Shown here one piece after another: positions 1-10,200 of a DNA stretch of 64,000 bases (positions are counted from its first letter, which is position 1; every line of letters begins with the position of its first letter). Origin of the DNA: Alphaproteobacteria bacterium (GTDB lineage Bacteria; Pseudomonadota; Alphaproteobacteria; RF32; CAG-239); NCBI GenBank assembly GCA_045611785.1, contig JAZKXV010000021.1, forward strand, positions 14,903-78,902. Direction: 5' to 3'. The notes under the pieces are model-generated. The model was not told the origin of the DNA and did no database searches. It worked only from the letters and a program-made list of their open reading frames with translations. The position numbers were made by a program, and so were the translations under genes.

Positions 1-459
1 AATTTGAACCTCACGTTCCGGAATGTTAACATCTTTACCCTCACGAGCAAGTTTATAAGCCCTCTGCCCGTTTATTTTTATTGCAGAATAAATAGGCGGA
101 GTTTGTTTAATGGTTCCGATAAACGATGGCAAAACCTCTAAAATTTCATCTTTTGAAGGGATTATATCTGATGTATTAACAACCTCGCCTTCTGTATCAT
201 CTGTGTTGGTTTGAACGCCAAATTTTAAGATAAATTCATATTCTTTCGGGCCGTCTGTAACAAACGGAATTAGTTTTGTTGCTTCGCCAAAAGCAATTGG
301 TAAAACGCCGGTTGCAAAGGGGTCCAATGTGCCTGCATGACCATTTTTATTGGCATCTAACAAACGCCTGGTTTGGTTTACAACATCTGTTGAACCCATA
401 TCACGAGGCTTATCAATTATGAGCCACCCATTTATATTTTTATGTTTTGTTCTTTTCAT
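1..459 (-). CDS. truB: tRNA pseudouridine(55) synthase TruB, partial. N-terminal part, start codon at 459-457; the gene runs off the window start.
   Basis: Minus-strand translation MKRTKHKNINGWLIIDKPRDMGSTDVV...GHAGTLDPFATGVLPIAFGEATKL contains the TruB catalytic motif GHAGTLDP. The ORF is absent from the track because it is truncated by the window edge. Confidence 0.85.
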   Translation of the reverse strand, partial: MKRTKHKNINGWLIIDKPRDMGSTDVVNQTRRLLDANKNGHAGTLDPFATGVLPIAFGEATKLIPFVTDGPKEYEFILKFGVQTNTDDTEGEVVNTSDIIPSKDEILEVLPSFIGTIKQTPPIYSAIKINGQRAYKLAREGKDVNIPEREVQI

Positions 460-672
460 AGTTTTTCCTTTTTTTTGCATAATAATGCCTTTTTCAAAAC
501 TTGGCAAGAAATGATTAGGAGAATTTGCCTTATTGTTAAGCTCTATACTTTGGTCAAGTTGGAGTATGACAATCTGCCTCTAATTGTCATGCCTCGACAG
601 GCAATGGAGGTTGTCAAGGCATCTAGTAAAAGACCCCTTGACGGTGTTTACACCACCGAGGGGTGACATATA

Positions 673-720
673 AGCAATTGTCACCCTCTGGCTTAACCAG
701 AGGGGACAGGTCAAAAGTGG
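673..720. repeat. Short palindromic intergenic repeat (RPE-like); core gcaattgtcaccctctggcttaaccagaggg.
   Basis: Inverted repeat ccctctgg/ccagaggg. The same gcaattgtcaccctctggctt module recurs at about 5173-5197 and 7143-7168. Confidence 0.6.
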
Positions 721-733
721 CAGTAACAAAACC

Positions 734-764
734 AAAAAAAAAGAGGGGAAACCCCTCTTTTTTT
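734..764. terminator. Rho-independent (bidirectional) terminator hairpin agaggggaaacccctct, flanked by an A-run and a T-run.
   Basis: Perfect GC-rich stem-loop at 743-758 with A9 upstream and T6 downstream, immediately 3' of the stop codon of the minus-strand gene 763..4206. Confidence 0.8.
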
Positions 765-3700
765 ACCATGGTTGCCTATATTGCAAGCTAGGATCATCTA
801 AACGCTCAAGATAAGCAGCATTGTTGCCTTCTCGTTTTTCCATAACACCAGACCCATTTTTTTCAAAACCCTCTATAGTATTATTTCCCTCGTCATCTGA
901 TTTAGCACTCTTTGCCTTACCTCTTCTAAAGCTATTGAGCTGGTCATATTGGTCAACATATTTACCATCAATTCCTGAAGAGAACAAGTTTGTACGGTCA
1001 AAGTAGCAATATACTGTTGCATAACCTTCTAATGTACCTGTTTCCACAGGGAACACGTTCCAATAGTAGTTATCCAGGTTCTCCTCATTATCAAGAGCTT
1101 TTCCCATCAACTTATTAATGATTTTTGCATAATGGTTTCTTGGATACACAAAGCCCATCACAGCTGTCCAACCGGCAAAATCATCACATCCGTTTTTAGC
1201 ATCTGTTGTATATTGGTTACAATCACCTTCTTGACCAAAGTTTTGCGGTATCACCTTACTTCTGAGCCATGTACTTTGTTGAAAATATAACGGCTCCGGA
1301 GACCAGTCTAAATCTGTGCCATGTTCTGTAGGAGATAATGCTCCATAATGTTCTGGTCTATCCTGATAACCAAGATAATATATCATAGATCCTGTGGCAG
1401 ATGATATATTTGCACTCTTTATTGTAGGATATTTTACAGTAGATGTACCAGTTGTACCCACTTCAAGTTTTGCGTTAGCCAAAGAGTTTTCTTGGTTTTG
1501 ACCTGTTCCCATAATTACAAAGCGATCACTGTTACCATCACTATCACCACCACCAAAAGGATTTTTTGCCTTCTGATTAACCATTCTTCCGGCTTGAGCC
1601 ATTTTGAAACCTGCAGGAGTTATGGTGATAACTCTGGCATGTCCCGGAGGACATTGTGGTGCCGGCACAACACCTAAAAATGCTGATGACCACTTGTTTG
1701 TTCCAACTAATGAATCACCCATCATATCCGTTGCGCCTTCTACATCAAGCTGACCGTCCTTTAAAGTCTCTTTTACCTTGATTTTATTAATATTTAAGGT
1801 GTCTTCATAAGTGTTGGTAACCACATAAATACCTTTATTGATAAAGTCCGGCAACATATCACTAAGGCGAGCACCGCCACGTGTGGTTAACTTAATGTCG
1901 TGCATAACTGATGTGTACGCAGGGTTAACCATATATCTGTCATATTCTGTACTGACGTCGTCTGTAGAAGGATTTCCAACGGTTCCCTCAGATCCATAAT
2001 AGTCACTTACATTATAATCTCCGGCAAAAACAGGGGTAGCAAGGCTATGATCTTTGTCAAGCGCATTAGAAACAAAACGACCTGCTTCAACATAACCGAC
2101 ACCACCATCTGCACCTACTCCGCTGGATACTGGGTTTTGTTCAATTTCAATTGCACCACGACGGATATATACACTGGCTTTTCTTTGCCTATCTCTTGTA
2201 TGTGAATTTTGATCTTCTGATACATTAACAGCAAATATCTGTGTACTACCATCATCTGCTGAAACATAAACCTGTTGCGGATTAACGGTTAAAACAGAGC
2301 CTTTAGTGGTTTCTGCACTGCTTGGACTTAGATTCTCTTCATTTCCTTCATTACTACTATCTGTACCATCTTCCGGTAACACTTGGAACAACGGGTTGTT
2401 TGAAACTGTAAGTTCTGCAGTGCTGATTTTTCCGGTTCCGTCACCTCTAGTATCAATATAAAAAGCATCAGTATTACCACCTTCACCGGTTGCAATAGCA
2501 CCAATTTTAAATTCATTACTTGTAACTAATGTGGTAGCTGAATTAATTGCTACAATATCGCCAGTACCATCTAACTCTAATGGAACTTTATCTCCACCAA
2601 ATTGGAATCGTACTTTACCTGTTTCGCTTGTTCGAAGTTCAAGTTCTTCCTTACCTTGTACAATAGCATTTGTGGCGCCTAATTCTATGTAAGAAGTAGC
2701 TTCACCTGGGGCTGAACCATCTTGGTTATACATACCGGTTTTTTCAGCATTAAGAACCAAGCGCTCTTTACCGCTATTTGTAATATCTGTTACTTTTACG
2801 CCATCTGCTGTTGCATGCAACCAACGGTTTGATTTATCTGCATTTATAGGCTCATTACCACCGGCATGCAGTTCTTTTAAGTCAATATCTCCGGTTCTGA
2901 TAGTTCCGGCTTCTAATGTGCCGCTAACATATGCATTGCCTTGAACATTAAGTTTAAGGTTTTCCGGTTTCTTTTCTTCCTCTGTTAACAAACTCGGAAG
3001 AGTGTTTCCGTCGCCAATTTTAACAGAATTTACAAACTCATTTTGTTTACTTTCACTCTTAAGTAAATCTTCAGTAACTGTAAGCTTCTCACCAATAATA
3101 ACTTCAGGCTTGTTGTTTGTGGCATTATATCCGGCAGAAATAAATTTACCGCCATCACCGGCTGAAAATGTTGCATCATCATCCATTGCCAAAGAAACAC
3201 TGCCTTTTACTACCAAACCCTTTTCATTAATTTGAACACCTCCAGTGTCATCCACAAACATAGTATCGCCCACTATATTAACAGATCCTTCAGCATTATT
3301 AGCCTCGATTAAATCGTAATAATTAAAACTGTCTTCATCAACAAAAAACTCTCCTCCGATAGCTTCTAATGAACCGCTTATCATAGCATCTTTGTTGCCG
3401 CCAATTACTAAGCCATAATCATCTGCTGCTTCAGCGTTCTCTCCGATAACTACTTGTGAAGCACCAATAATTTTGTGCATAACGGTGTCAGTTTCAGCCA
3501 TATACAAGTCTGTACGCATAGTGTTGCGCCATTTTTCTCCATCTCCGGCAGGTGTACTTTGTAAATATATTTCGTTTTCTAATGCGCCGGAAGTTGCAGA
3601 GTTAATTGCTTCTGTTGAGGCAACAACAACAGAACCCATATCGCCATTTAAGCCGAGGTTGCCAACTTCTTCATTGCTCAAGTTCCAAACACCGCCAACA

Positions 3701-4206
3701 CCTTTTGCTTCACCGGTATTATTGATGTAACCACCATTACTACCAACCATTGAAGCAATGCGGGCAGCTCTCATCTCGCCGATATCGGTCTTTTTAGGCA
3801 ATTGAACAAACGCCGTAATAGATTTTGTATCTGCGTCAGTAGCTTTTTTCAATGTGATAATTGGGGCATCAAAGTTTTTCAAGCTGTCAAAGCTGTAACC
3901 ATATGGCAAAAAGCCCAAAAACTCTGCGTCATCTAAGGCAATTGAAATTGTATCATTAGCACCCCAAGCGGCATCATCTTCTAACAAAGCCTGATAATTT
4001 TTTGAAACATAATTATCAACCGCATTTGACAATGTACGGATGTGGTTTGCCGTGTTAATATCTTGTAACTCGGTTGTTCTCTCTGCCGATTTTTTATACA
4101 GCGTTGGAGTAACAAGTGCAATCAACGCAAGCATAGCCATAGCCTCTACCATCATAGAACCGCCTTGGTTGATTTTATTTAATATTTTTTTACGAAAATC
4201 AGTCAT
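763..4206 (-). CDS. Giant (1147 aa) pilin-like protein: type IV prepilin N-terminus plus a large C-terminal region; putative minor pilin/tip adhesin (PilV/TcpB/CofB-like role).
   Basis: N-terminus ...NQGG|SMMVEAMAMLALIALVTPTLY has Gly at -1, Glu at +5 and a hydrophobic alpha1 helix, the class III signal. It shares a FLPxGY motif with the neighbouring ORF 4217..4948. The remainder is large and Gly/Thr/Asn-rich. Confidence 0.65.
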   Translation of the reverse strand: MTDFRKKILNKINQGGSMMVEAMAMLALIALVTPTLYKKSAERTTELQDINTANHIRTLSNAVDNYVSKNYQALLEDDAAWGANDTISIALDDAEFLGFLPYGYSFDSLKNFDAPIITLKKATDADTKSITAFVQLPKKTDIGEMRAARIASMVGSNGGYINNTGEAKGVGGVWNLSNEEVGNLGLNGDMGSVVVASTEAINSATSGALENEIYLQSTPAGDGEKWRNTMRTDLYMAETDTVMHKIIGASQVVIGENAEAADDYGLVIGGNKDAMISGSLEAIGGEFFVDEDSFNYYDLIEANNAEGSVNIVGDTMFVDDTGGVQINEKGLVVKGSVSLAMDDDATFSAGDGGKFISAGYNATNNKPEVIIGEKLTVTEDLLKSESKQNEFVNSVKIGDGNTLPSLLTEEEKKPENLKLNVQGNAYVSGTLEAGTIRTGDIDLKELHAGGNEPINADKSNRWLHATADGVKVTDITNSGKERLVLNAEKTGMYNQDGSAPGEATSYIELGATNAIVQGKEELELRTSETGKVRFQFGGDKVPLELDGTGDIVAINSATTLVTSNEFKIGAIATGEGGNTDAFYIDTRGDGTGKISTAELTVSNNPLFQVLPEDGTDSSNEGNEENLSPSSAETTKGSVLTVNPQQVYVSADDGSTQIFAVNVSEDQNSHTRDRQRKASVYIRRGAIEIEQNPVSSGVGADGGVGYVEAGRFVSNALDKDHSLATPVFAGDYNVSDYYGSEGTVGNPSTDDVSTEYDRYMVNPAYTSVMHDIKLTTRGGARLSDMLPDFINKGIYVVTNTYEDTLNINKIKVKETLKDGQLDVEGATDMMGDSLVGTNKWSSAFLGVVPAPQCPPGHARVITITPAGFKMAQAGRMVNQKAKNPFGGGDSDGNSDRFVIMGTGQNQENSLANAKLEVGTTGTSTVKYPTIKSANISSATGSMIYYLGYQDRPEHYGALSPTEHGTDLDWSPEPLYFQQSTWLRSKVIPQNFGQEGDCNQYTTDAKNGCDDFAGWTAVMGFVYPRNHYAKIINKLMGKALDNEENLDNYYWNVFPVETGTLEGYATVYCYFDRTNLFSSGIDGKYVDQYDQLNSFRRGKAKSAKSDDEGNNTIEGFEKNGSGVMEKREGNNAAYLERLDDPSLQYRQPW

Positions 4207-4216
4207 TTACTTTCTC

Positions 4217-4948
4217 CTAACCATATATACGCTGAAAAGCATACAAGCAGTGAACTTTTTCATTTAAACATTTTGAAAACTCGGGATAATTTTGTATTTC
4301 GTGGAAAATTTCCTGTTGTTCAAAATAAGGGTCTCCCTCTTTATTGCCTTCTTCATCATAATCTTGCACCATGCGACCGCCACTTAACATAAGTTTGCCG
4401 TCAACATACTCAGTATAGCCAAACCTTTTACCAAAGCCCGGAGCTTTTGCCATTGCGCCCAACAAATCGGCACTAGGTAAAAATGTAACTTTATTAACCC
4501 AACGAGATGGAATTTCTCTGTAAGAAACAACATATATTGCAACGCCCTCGTCTGTGCAGCAGCTTCCGTCAACTGAATAAGTGCAGTTAGATGCTTCAGG
4601 CTTATCTTCTTCAAGGCAGATAACCCGAGTGGTTACGGCAGGATCATCTGTGTAACCATGAGGCAAAAAGCCCTCAATTTTGGCAGACTCGATAGAAGTT
4701 TCTCCCTCGGGCAAATTATAACCGTTTCCGGGATAATAAGAAACAGCGGTATCCCCCGTTTTTGCACGGGCTTGCGAGTTAAAATATTCTCTAAGAGCGT
4801 TATGTTGAGCGGTAAATTTTGTTACAACGACACCCGCTCTCGATTCTGCGTGTGTACGGTCTAAATCGGCCCGAACAGACATATTGAACGAGTATAAAAT
4901 AGTGATAAATGTTGCAACAACAACCCAAATATACATAGTTTTTCCCAC
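4217..4948 (-). CDS. Pilin-like or pseudopilin-like membrane protein (243 aa) with a non-canonical N-terminus.
   Basis: N-terminal TM helix MYIWVVVATFITILYSF. Motif EGFLPHGYTDD matches EFLGFLPYGYSFD in the 1147-aa pilin-like protein. Tightly linked (10 bp) downstream of that gene's start. Confidence 0.45.
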   Translation of the reverse strand: MGKTMYIWVVVATFITILYSFNMSVRADLDRTHAESRAGVVVTKFTAQHNALREYFNSQARAKTGDTAVSYYPGNGYNLPEGETSIESAKIEGFLPHGYTDDPAVTTRVICLEEDKPEASNCTYSVDGSCCTDEGVAIYVVSYREIPSRWVNKVTFLPSADLLGAMAKAPGFGKRFGYTEYVDGKLMLSGGRMVQDYDEEGNKEGDPYFEQQEIFHEIQNYPEFSKCLNEKVHCLYAFQRIYG

Positions 4949-5099
4949 AAAATAAGCTTACTTTAATTGAATGTTAGCATAAAAAAACCTTAAAAACTAG
5001 TGTTTTATGCTATGCGTACAAAATGTTCATATTTTTGTAACACTGCAAACATACTAATCTTGGCAAGTAAAAATTTAATTAAAAATTTTGTTTTTTATT

Positions 5100-5320
5100 G
5101 CCTTATTGCACGAGTATGACAAAGAAGAAGAACTCTCCGTTCGGGGTTGATGTATAACAACCGCCACCAAGCGTCACCCTCTGGCTTGACCAGGGGGTCC
5201 AGGTTAAAAAATATTGCTATATAAATCTCCTAGATACCCGTGTCTATTCCTCACTTTGTTCGGGCACGAGTATGACAAAGGATAAGAACACTTCGTTCAG
5301 GGGTTGATATAACATAAGAG
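5100..5320. repeat. Two copies (one partial, one full) of a dispersed intergenic repeat, about 125 bp. Consensus core tccaggttaaaaaatattgc.tataaat.c...atacccgtgtctattcctcactt.gttcgggcacgagtatgacaaagga...cgttcaggggttgatgtataacaa.
   Basis: Near-identical blocks at 5106-5160, 5173-5314, 5765-5860, 5929-6047 and 7143-7258. The spurious ORFs 5251..5457 and 5991..6320 both end in the same repeat-encoded peptide LCHTRARTK. Confidence 0.8.
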
Positions 5321-5361
5321 AGGGCTTGACCAAACAACATACACCAGTATAATATACTTTT

Positions 5362-5652
5362 ATGAAAACAATGTATGTATACATAATGAGCAACCAACAA
5401 AACGGAACACTTTATATTGGTGTTACCAATAATTTGGTGCGTCGAGTTTATGAACATAAAAACAAAATATTTGAAGGCTTTACATCTAAATATAATTTAA
5501 GCAAGCTTGTTTATTATGAAATATTTGAAGATGAACTAACCGCCATCACTCGTGAAAAACAGCTTAAAAAGTATAATCGCAATTGGAAAAAAGACCTCAT
5601 TGAATCTATTAATCCGACTTGGAAAGATTTATACCCTGAAATATGTTCCTAA
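5362..5652 (+). CDS. Small GIY-YIG nuclease family protein (YhbQ/UPF0213-like, 96 aa).
   Basis: YVYIMSNQQNGTLYIGVTNNLVRRVYEHK matches the GIY-x10-YIG...R...H signature. The gene is embedded in the repeat-rich intergenic zone. Confidence 0.8.
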   Translation: MKTMYVYIMSNQQNGTLYIGVTNNLVRRVYEHKNKIFEGFTSKYNLSKLVYYEIFEDELTAITREKQLKKYNRNWKKDLIESINPTWKDLYPEICS

Positions 5653-5764
5653 TCGGTACCACAAGACACCCAAAACATGTCATTATCGGGCTTGGAGTTG
5701 ATAGTTGGCGAAAACGAGCGTTGCGAAGTTTGAGGCTTACGAAACGAAATGGACCCACAACGTG

Positions 5765-6047
5765 GGAATTTACTCCCGATAATCCAGGTTAAAAAATGTT
5801 GCCTTATTATTCCCTGGATACCCGTGTCTATTCCTCGCTATGCTCGGGCACGAGTATGACAGAAAGAAAAAAACGCACCACTCGGGCACGAGTATGACAA
5901 ACCTACTCACACTGTCACCTTCCAACTTGATTGGAAGGTCCAGGTTAAAAAATATTGCTTTATAAATCCTCAAATACCCGTGTCTATTCCTCACTTCGTT
6001 CGGGCACGAGTATGACAAAGGAAGAGGGAAACTCCGTTCAGGGTTGA
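5765..6047. repeat. Two further tandemly arranged copies of the 125-bp dispersed repeat, separated by a short palindrome (ccttccaacttgattggaagg).
   Basis: Sequence identity to the 5173-5314 copy: ccaggttaaaaaatattgctttataaatcctcaaatacccgtgtctattcctcacttcgttcgggcacgagtatgacaaagga. Confidence 0.8.
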
Positions 6048-6049
6048 TG

Positions 6050-6078
6050 TATAACAATATAAAAAAAAGAAGAAGTTT
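6050..6078 (-). terminator. Weak candidate terminator downstream of the pilin gene (short stem followed by a T-run on the minus strand).
   Basis: Minus-strand sequence aaggaagaggtgaaaacttcttcttttttttat: short gaaga/tcttc stem followed by T8. Confidence 0.3.
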
Positions 6079-6129
6079 TCACCTCTTCCTTTTTTGTAAG
6101 TATTGTAAGTACAACCCTTGGAACGATTA

Positions 6130-6834
6130 TTAGTAGTATTTCCAAGCAACTGAGTTAATAGTACCGTTACCGTTACAAGCATCAACTGCTGCAGTAACAG
6201 GCATTGGTGTAGCATTTGCCCCTGTAAAATTCGTAGAACCACCACCAGGAACTGCAACAGCAGGTGTACCAGCAGCGAAAGGAGCCATTGCTGGTTCTTC
6301 TTCTGGGTCTTCAGCTTCATTACTAGCGCTTGCTACAAATTTATCTGTATAAGCACCTGCTATAAGGCTTGCAGCGCCAGCACTATTTTGTGCAGAGATA
6401 CCTAATAAACCTGAAGATTGACCAGAACCCCAGTCACCTGTTGCGATTGTTACACAAGCTTCTTGTGATAAGCCTGCATATTCAATGATGAAGGCTTCAG
6501 GTTCGGTTGGTGCTGTAGAACGAGCTGCAGCTGATGTAATTGTCACATCGCCACCGAAAGCATTAACAAGACTACCATTTTTAATCATATCATTTGGCAC
6601 AACACCAAAGTTAATTGCTGTTGTATTATTTAAGCCAGAGTAGTTACCTTGTGTAGAATAGATTGTTCTGATGTTTGCCACCAACATTGAAACTTGGTCT
6701 GTTGTTTTGTTGATTTTGAATTTGTTCATAGCTTTAGAATAACCGGCGATACCACCAACAGATAACACACCGATAATTGCTAAAACGCCGAGCATTTCAA
6801 CCATTGAACGACCTGATTCATTTGTATATTTCAT
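6130..6834 (-). CDS. Type IV pilin (234 aa), candidate major pilin subunit.
   Basis: MKYTNESG|RSMVEMLGVLAIIGVLSVGGIAGY is a short leader with Gly at -1, Glu at +5 and a hydrophobic alpha1 helix. AAGGAAG ribosome-binding site upstream of the ATG. C-terminal Cys pair (...VDACNGNG...). Confidence 0.8.
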   Translation of the reverse strand: MKYTNESGRSMVEMLGVLAIIGVLSVGGIAGYSKAMNKFKINKTTDQVSMLVANIRTIYSTQGNYSGLNNTTAINFGVVPNDMIKNGSLVNAFGGDVTITSAAARSTAPTEPEAFIIEYAGLSQEACVTIATGDWGSGQSSGLLGISAQNSAGAASLIAGAYTDKFVASASNEAEDPEEEPAMAPFAAGTPAVAVPGGGSTNFTGANATPMPVTAAVDACNGNGTINSVAWKYY

Positions 6835-7140
6835 AATTATCTTCCTTTTTTTAAATAAGTTACTTACATAAAAAAATCGCTCTTATAAAAAAAGCGACTG
6901 GAAGCTAAGAACTATAATAACGAAATAGCGCGGTATATTGACCGCAAGGCTTATTTTACCGCCTTCCAGTCATTTATTTAAATAACTAGTCGGCGTATAA
7001 ATTTTAACGTCCCTATACTAAAGACGCGTTATTTCGGAATTCTTAGGCTCCGGACAGCCAACTCGACTGTCTGGTTTAAATTCTTAGTACAAAAAAATTA
7101 AAATGTCAATAGTGTTATGTGTTTTGATTTTTTTTACAGT

Positions 7141-7260
7141 TAAGCAATTGTCACCCTCTGGCTTTGACCCGATAATCCAGGTCAAAAACATTGCCTTATA
7201 AATTCCCTGGATACTTGTGTCTATTCCTCACTTCGTTCGGGCATGAGTATGATAAAGGAA
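7141..7260. repeat. Fifth copy of the composite dispersed repeat (gcaattgtcaccctctggctt module plus ccaggtcaaaaacattgcc...gatacttgtgtctattcctcacttcgttcgggcatgagtatgataaagga).
   Basis: Direct sequence similarity to the copies at 5173-5314 and 5929-6047, with a few substitutions. Confidence 0.75.
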
Positions 7261-7298
7261 AGGACACAAAAAAAGAGGTGGTAAAACCACCTCTTAAT

Positions 7299-10200
7299 CT
7301 ATCCAAATGTTATAAGAATTGCTTCGCCACAACCATAAGGGTCTTGTGTTTGCATTTGGCAACTATAAGCGCCTGTTTTTTGCTTACACTCGTCTGCACT
7401 ACGATAGTTATCAGCTTCGCAACTTGTTGGCTCATAACATCCACTAACTATAGTACATACTGAATTGAAGTTTGTGCTTTCACAATTCGATTCTGATGTA
7501 TATGTACATGTTGTAGCTGATGTACAACCAGTTGTCGCATCACACCAATATGGTGATGGTGGATATTTTACGTTATTACCATAATATTCGCCTGTTGAGA
7601 CCCAAGTTTTGTTAAAGCCAGAGCTTTTAACTTGCCATGTAACGCCTTTATCAGCCTCAACTTGCAGACTAGCTAAATTAACACCTGCGTCTGTTTCGCT
7701 AAGAGTTCTTGAACCTGTTGAGGTTGTAATAATCTTAGCTTTAGGGGAGTGAATATAAACGTGTGAAGGATTGAAAAAGTATTCATTACTAGCTATTGGA
7801 GCTGTAATATTTAATTCACCAGCTAAATTCATATAGTTTGGTGTAATTCTTGGTGCTGTTGAATTTGTTTCAATAGCCAATTTACTATTAGGTCCAATAG
7901 CTATAGAATTATATGAAATACCTACATTAGATCCAGTATGTTTAACATTGATTTCACCGCCATTTTGCACAGCCATAGTTACGCCATTTGATATATTGGC
8001 ATTGGAAGCCTTAATATTCACAGTACCTTCAACATTAATGCCACTATCTGTCTGACCATACATAGCAACACTGTTTGAACCACCAACTATGTCAATATCT
8101 AATGTTGCTCCACTATATAATGTTAAATCACCCATTTCTGACATATATAATGCACGGTTTGTTGTTCCGCCACGCACTTTGATAGAGTTTTTACCGTTCA
8201 TGACAAATCCGTCATTTTCATCTAACTTCAGAGCATAGTTTTCAGAAGCTGTTGATGTAACATCAATGTTAACATTAGTAAACTCTACATTAAAACCCAA
8301 ATTTATTTCAAATGCAGAGCCATTATTGGCAGTCCATACCATATTTATGTCCTTAACTGCAGCATTATCTGATCTTGTCAAAAATTTTCTGCTTTTCATT
8401 GTTAAAGTATGACCAGCACCATCAATAGTTTTAGCACCAATATTTAAGGCATCAGTAGCTGTATCAGAAGTACCATCGATATTAGCTGCTAAGGTAACTG
8501 TTGTACAAGCTGAATTGCTAAGAGCTGTTGTAAATTCTGAATAATTTGAAACTAAACAGCCATCATCAGCAACGCATTGGCCATTTACAAGCTCATAGCC
8601 ATCGTTGCACATAATTACTTCATAACAACCGTTGTCAGCTAATCCGCATGTAGCTTGCTTATTATTATATTGGCATGTATAAGATGAAACGTAGTTATCT
8701 ACACCATTACATGCACAATCTATTGCTTCGCCAGCAGCATTATACACTACCTTTGCCGAAGAGCAAGATGCTCCGTATGCAAAGCTTGTAATACCTGAAT
8801 CGCATGACACTAAATTATATTGCTCACATGTTTCTATCTTTCGACAAGCTCCATCTGCATATACTTGTCCGGAAGCACATGTCGGTGTGTTAGAAACACA
8901 AGCACCATTGGTTAATGTGTAACCGGATTGACATGTTGTTGTACTTGCCTTGTAGTAGCTTCCAAGGTCTGACATATAGATAGATGTACAATCAAAACCT
9001 TCACTGTTTTCTAAACATTGATCTTTGGTTTTGTATACACAATATCCGCAGCCTAAATCATCAGCATGCGCAATTTGGCCATTTTTACAGGTTCCTTCAT
9101 GATAATATCCTGTTTTACAAAAATCTCTTGTAAAGCAACCGGCATTACTTGATGGTCCACATACCGTATTTGTATTGTGAGCTTCACAAACATCAAGTGT
9201 TGTATATTCGCCTTCCGGACAGTTGTTTGCAGCATCTTCTATACAATAACCACTATCAAACGTGTAACCAGATGCACAACCTAACGGAACATAACCATCT
9301 ATCCAGTCCTCTTTGCTTAACTCACAATTAAACCCTGGATAAGCGGCTTGACATAATTCTTTCGTATCAGATACACAGAATAGTGCGCCGTAGGAATAAG
9401 AACCTGTCCAATACTTTGATTTACATGCATCACCGTCTGCCGGGTTAGGATATTTCAAGCCACCAAACGGAATCCAACAGTTTGCATCTGTTGTTTTTTC
9501 ACAAATATCGTAAGGATATTCTTTTTCGCAGTCTGCTTTTGTGCGTGGACAATTTGTTGGCAAATATAAACCATGTCCATCAGATTGACAAGGATCTGAT
9601 GCATAGTCATATTCACAATCGCTATAATCAGAATCTACACCTTTACATGTTCCGTCATCATATTCGCCTTCATAACATTCGCCAGCTTCATATCCGTTTC
9701 CATATGGCTCGCATTTTCTCATAAGGTTAGCAACTTCACATTCTTCTAAAGTTGCATAAGTTGCTTGTAAATCTCCAACAACGCATTGGTTATCAACAAG
9801 TTCATAACCGCTGTTGCATTTATCTACATAGTAGCAGCCATCAGCACCTGTGTCACAGCTTCCATTCGGGTTTGCTGTTTGGCATAAGTATAATGTAGTA
9901 TATTGGCAACATGTTCCGCAACCAAATTGGTCAGCTGCTTTTAGCATTTGGCCATTGCTGCATTTTTTAGCATAACCTTCTTTACATTCAGTTGCTGCCG
10001 CTGCACCGTTTGTAACTAATTCACCGCATACTGAATTTTGGTTTTTAAGTTCACAGTCTGCAACATCTTGATAAATGTTATTTGCAGGACATGCATAGCA
10101 ACCTTGTAAAACTGAACCATCTGTCATGGTCATGTCAGGAACAATTTCGGCACCGGTTGAGCAGCTATCAGCTGAAGTATAGAAACCATATTCTTCACAA

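Noticed and set aside
442..666. 74-aa plus-strand ORF.
   Set aside because: Overlaps the truB 5' end and upstream region in antisense. Phe/Ser-rich low-complexity translation with no RBS. Spurious.
5100..6060. Repeated roughly 125-bp units with short intervening sequence, superficially CRISPR-like.
   Set aside because: Units are long, imperfect and variably spaced, with no uniform 25-40 bp repeat/spacer periodicity and no cas genes. Better explained as dispersed palindromic (RPE-like) elements.
5251..6320. ORFs 5251..5457, 5770..6057 and 5991..6320 on the minus strand.
   Set aside because: They are translations of the dispersed repeat copies (two end in the identical repeat-derived peptide LCHTRARTK). 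Not genes.
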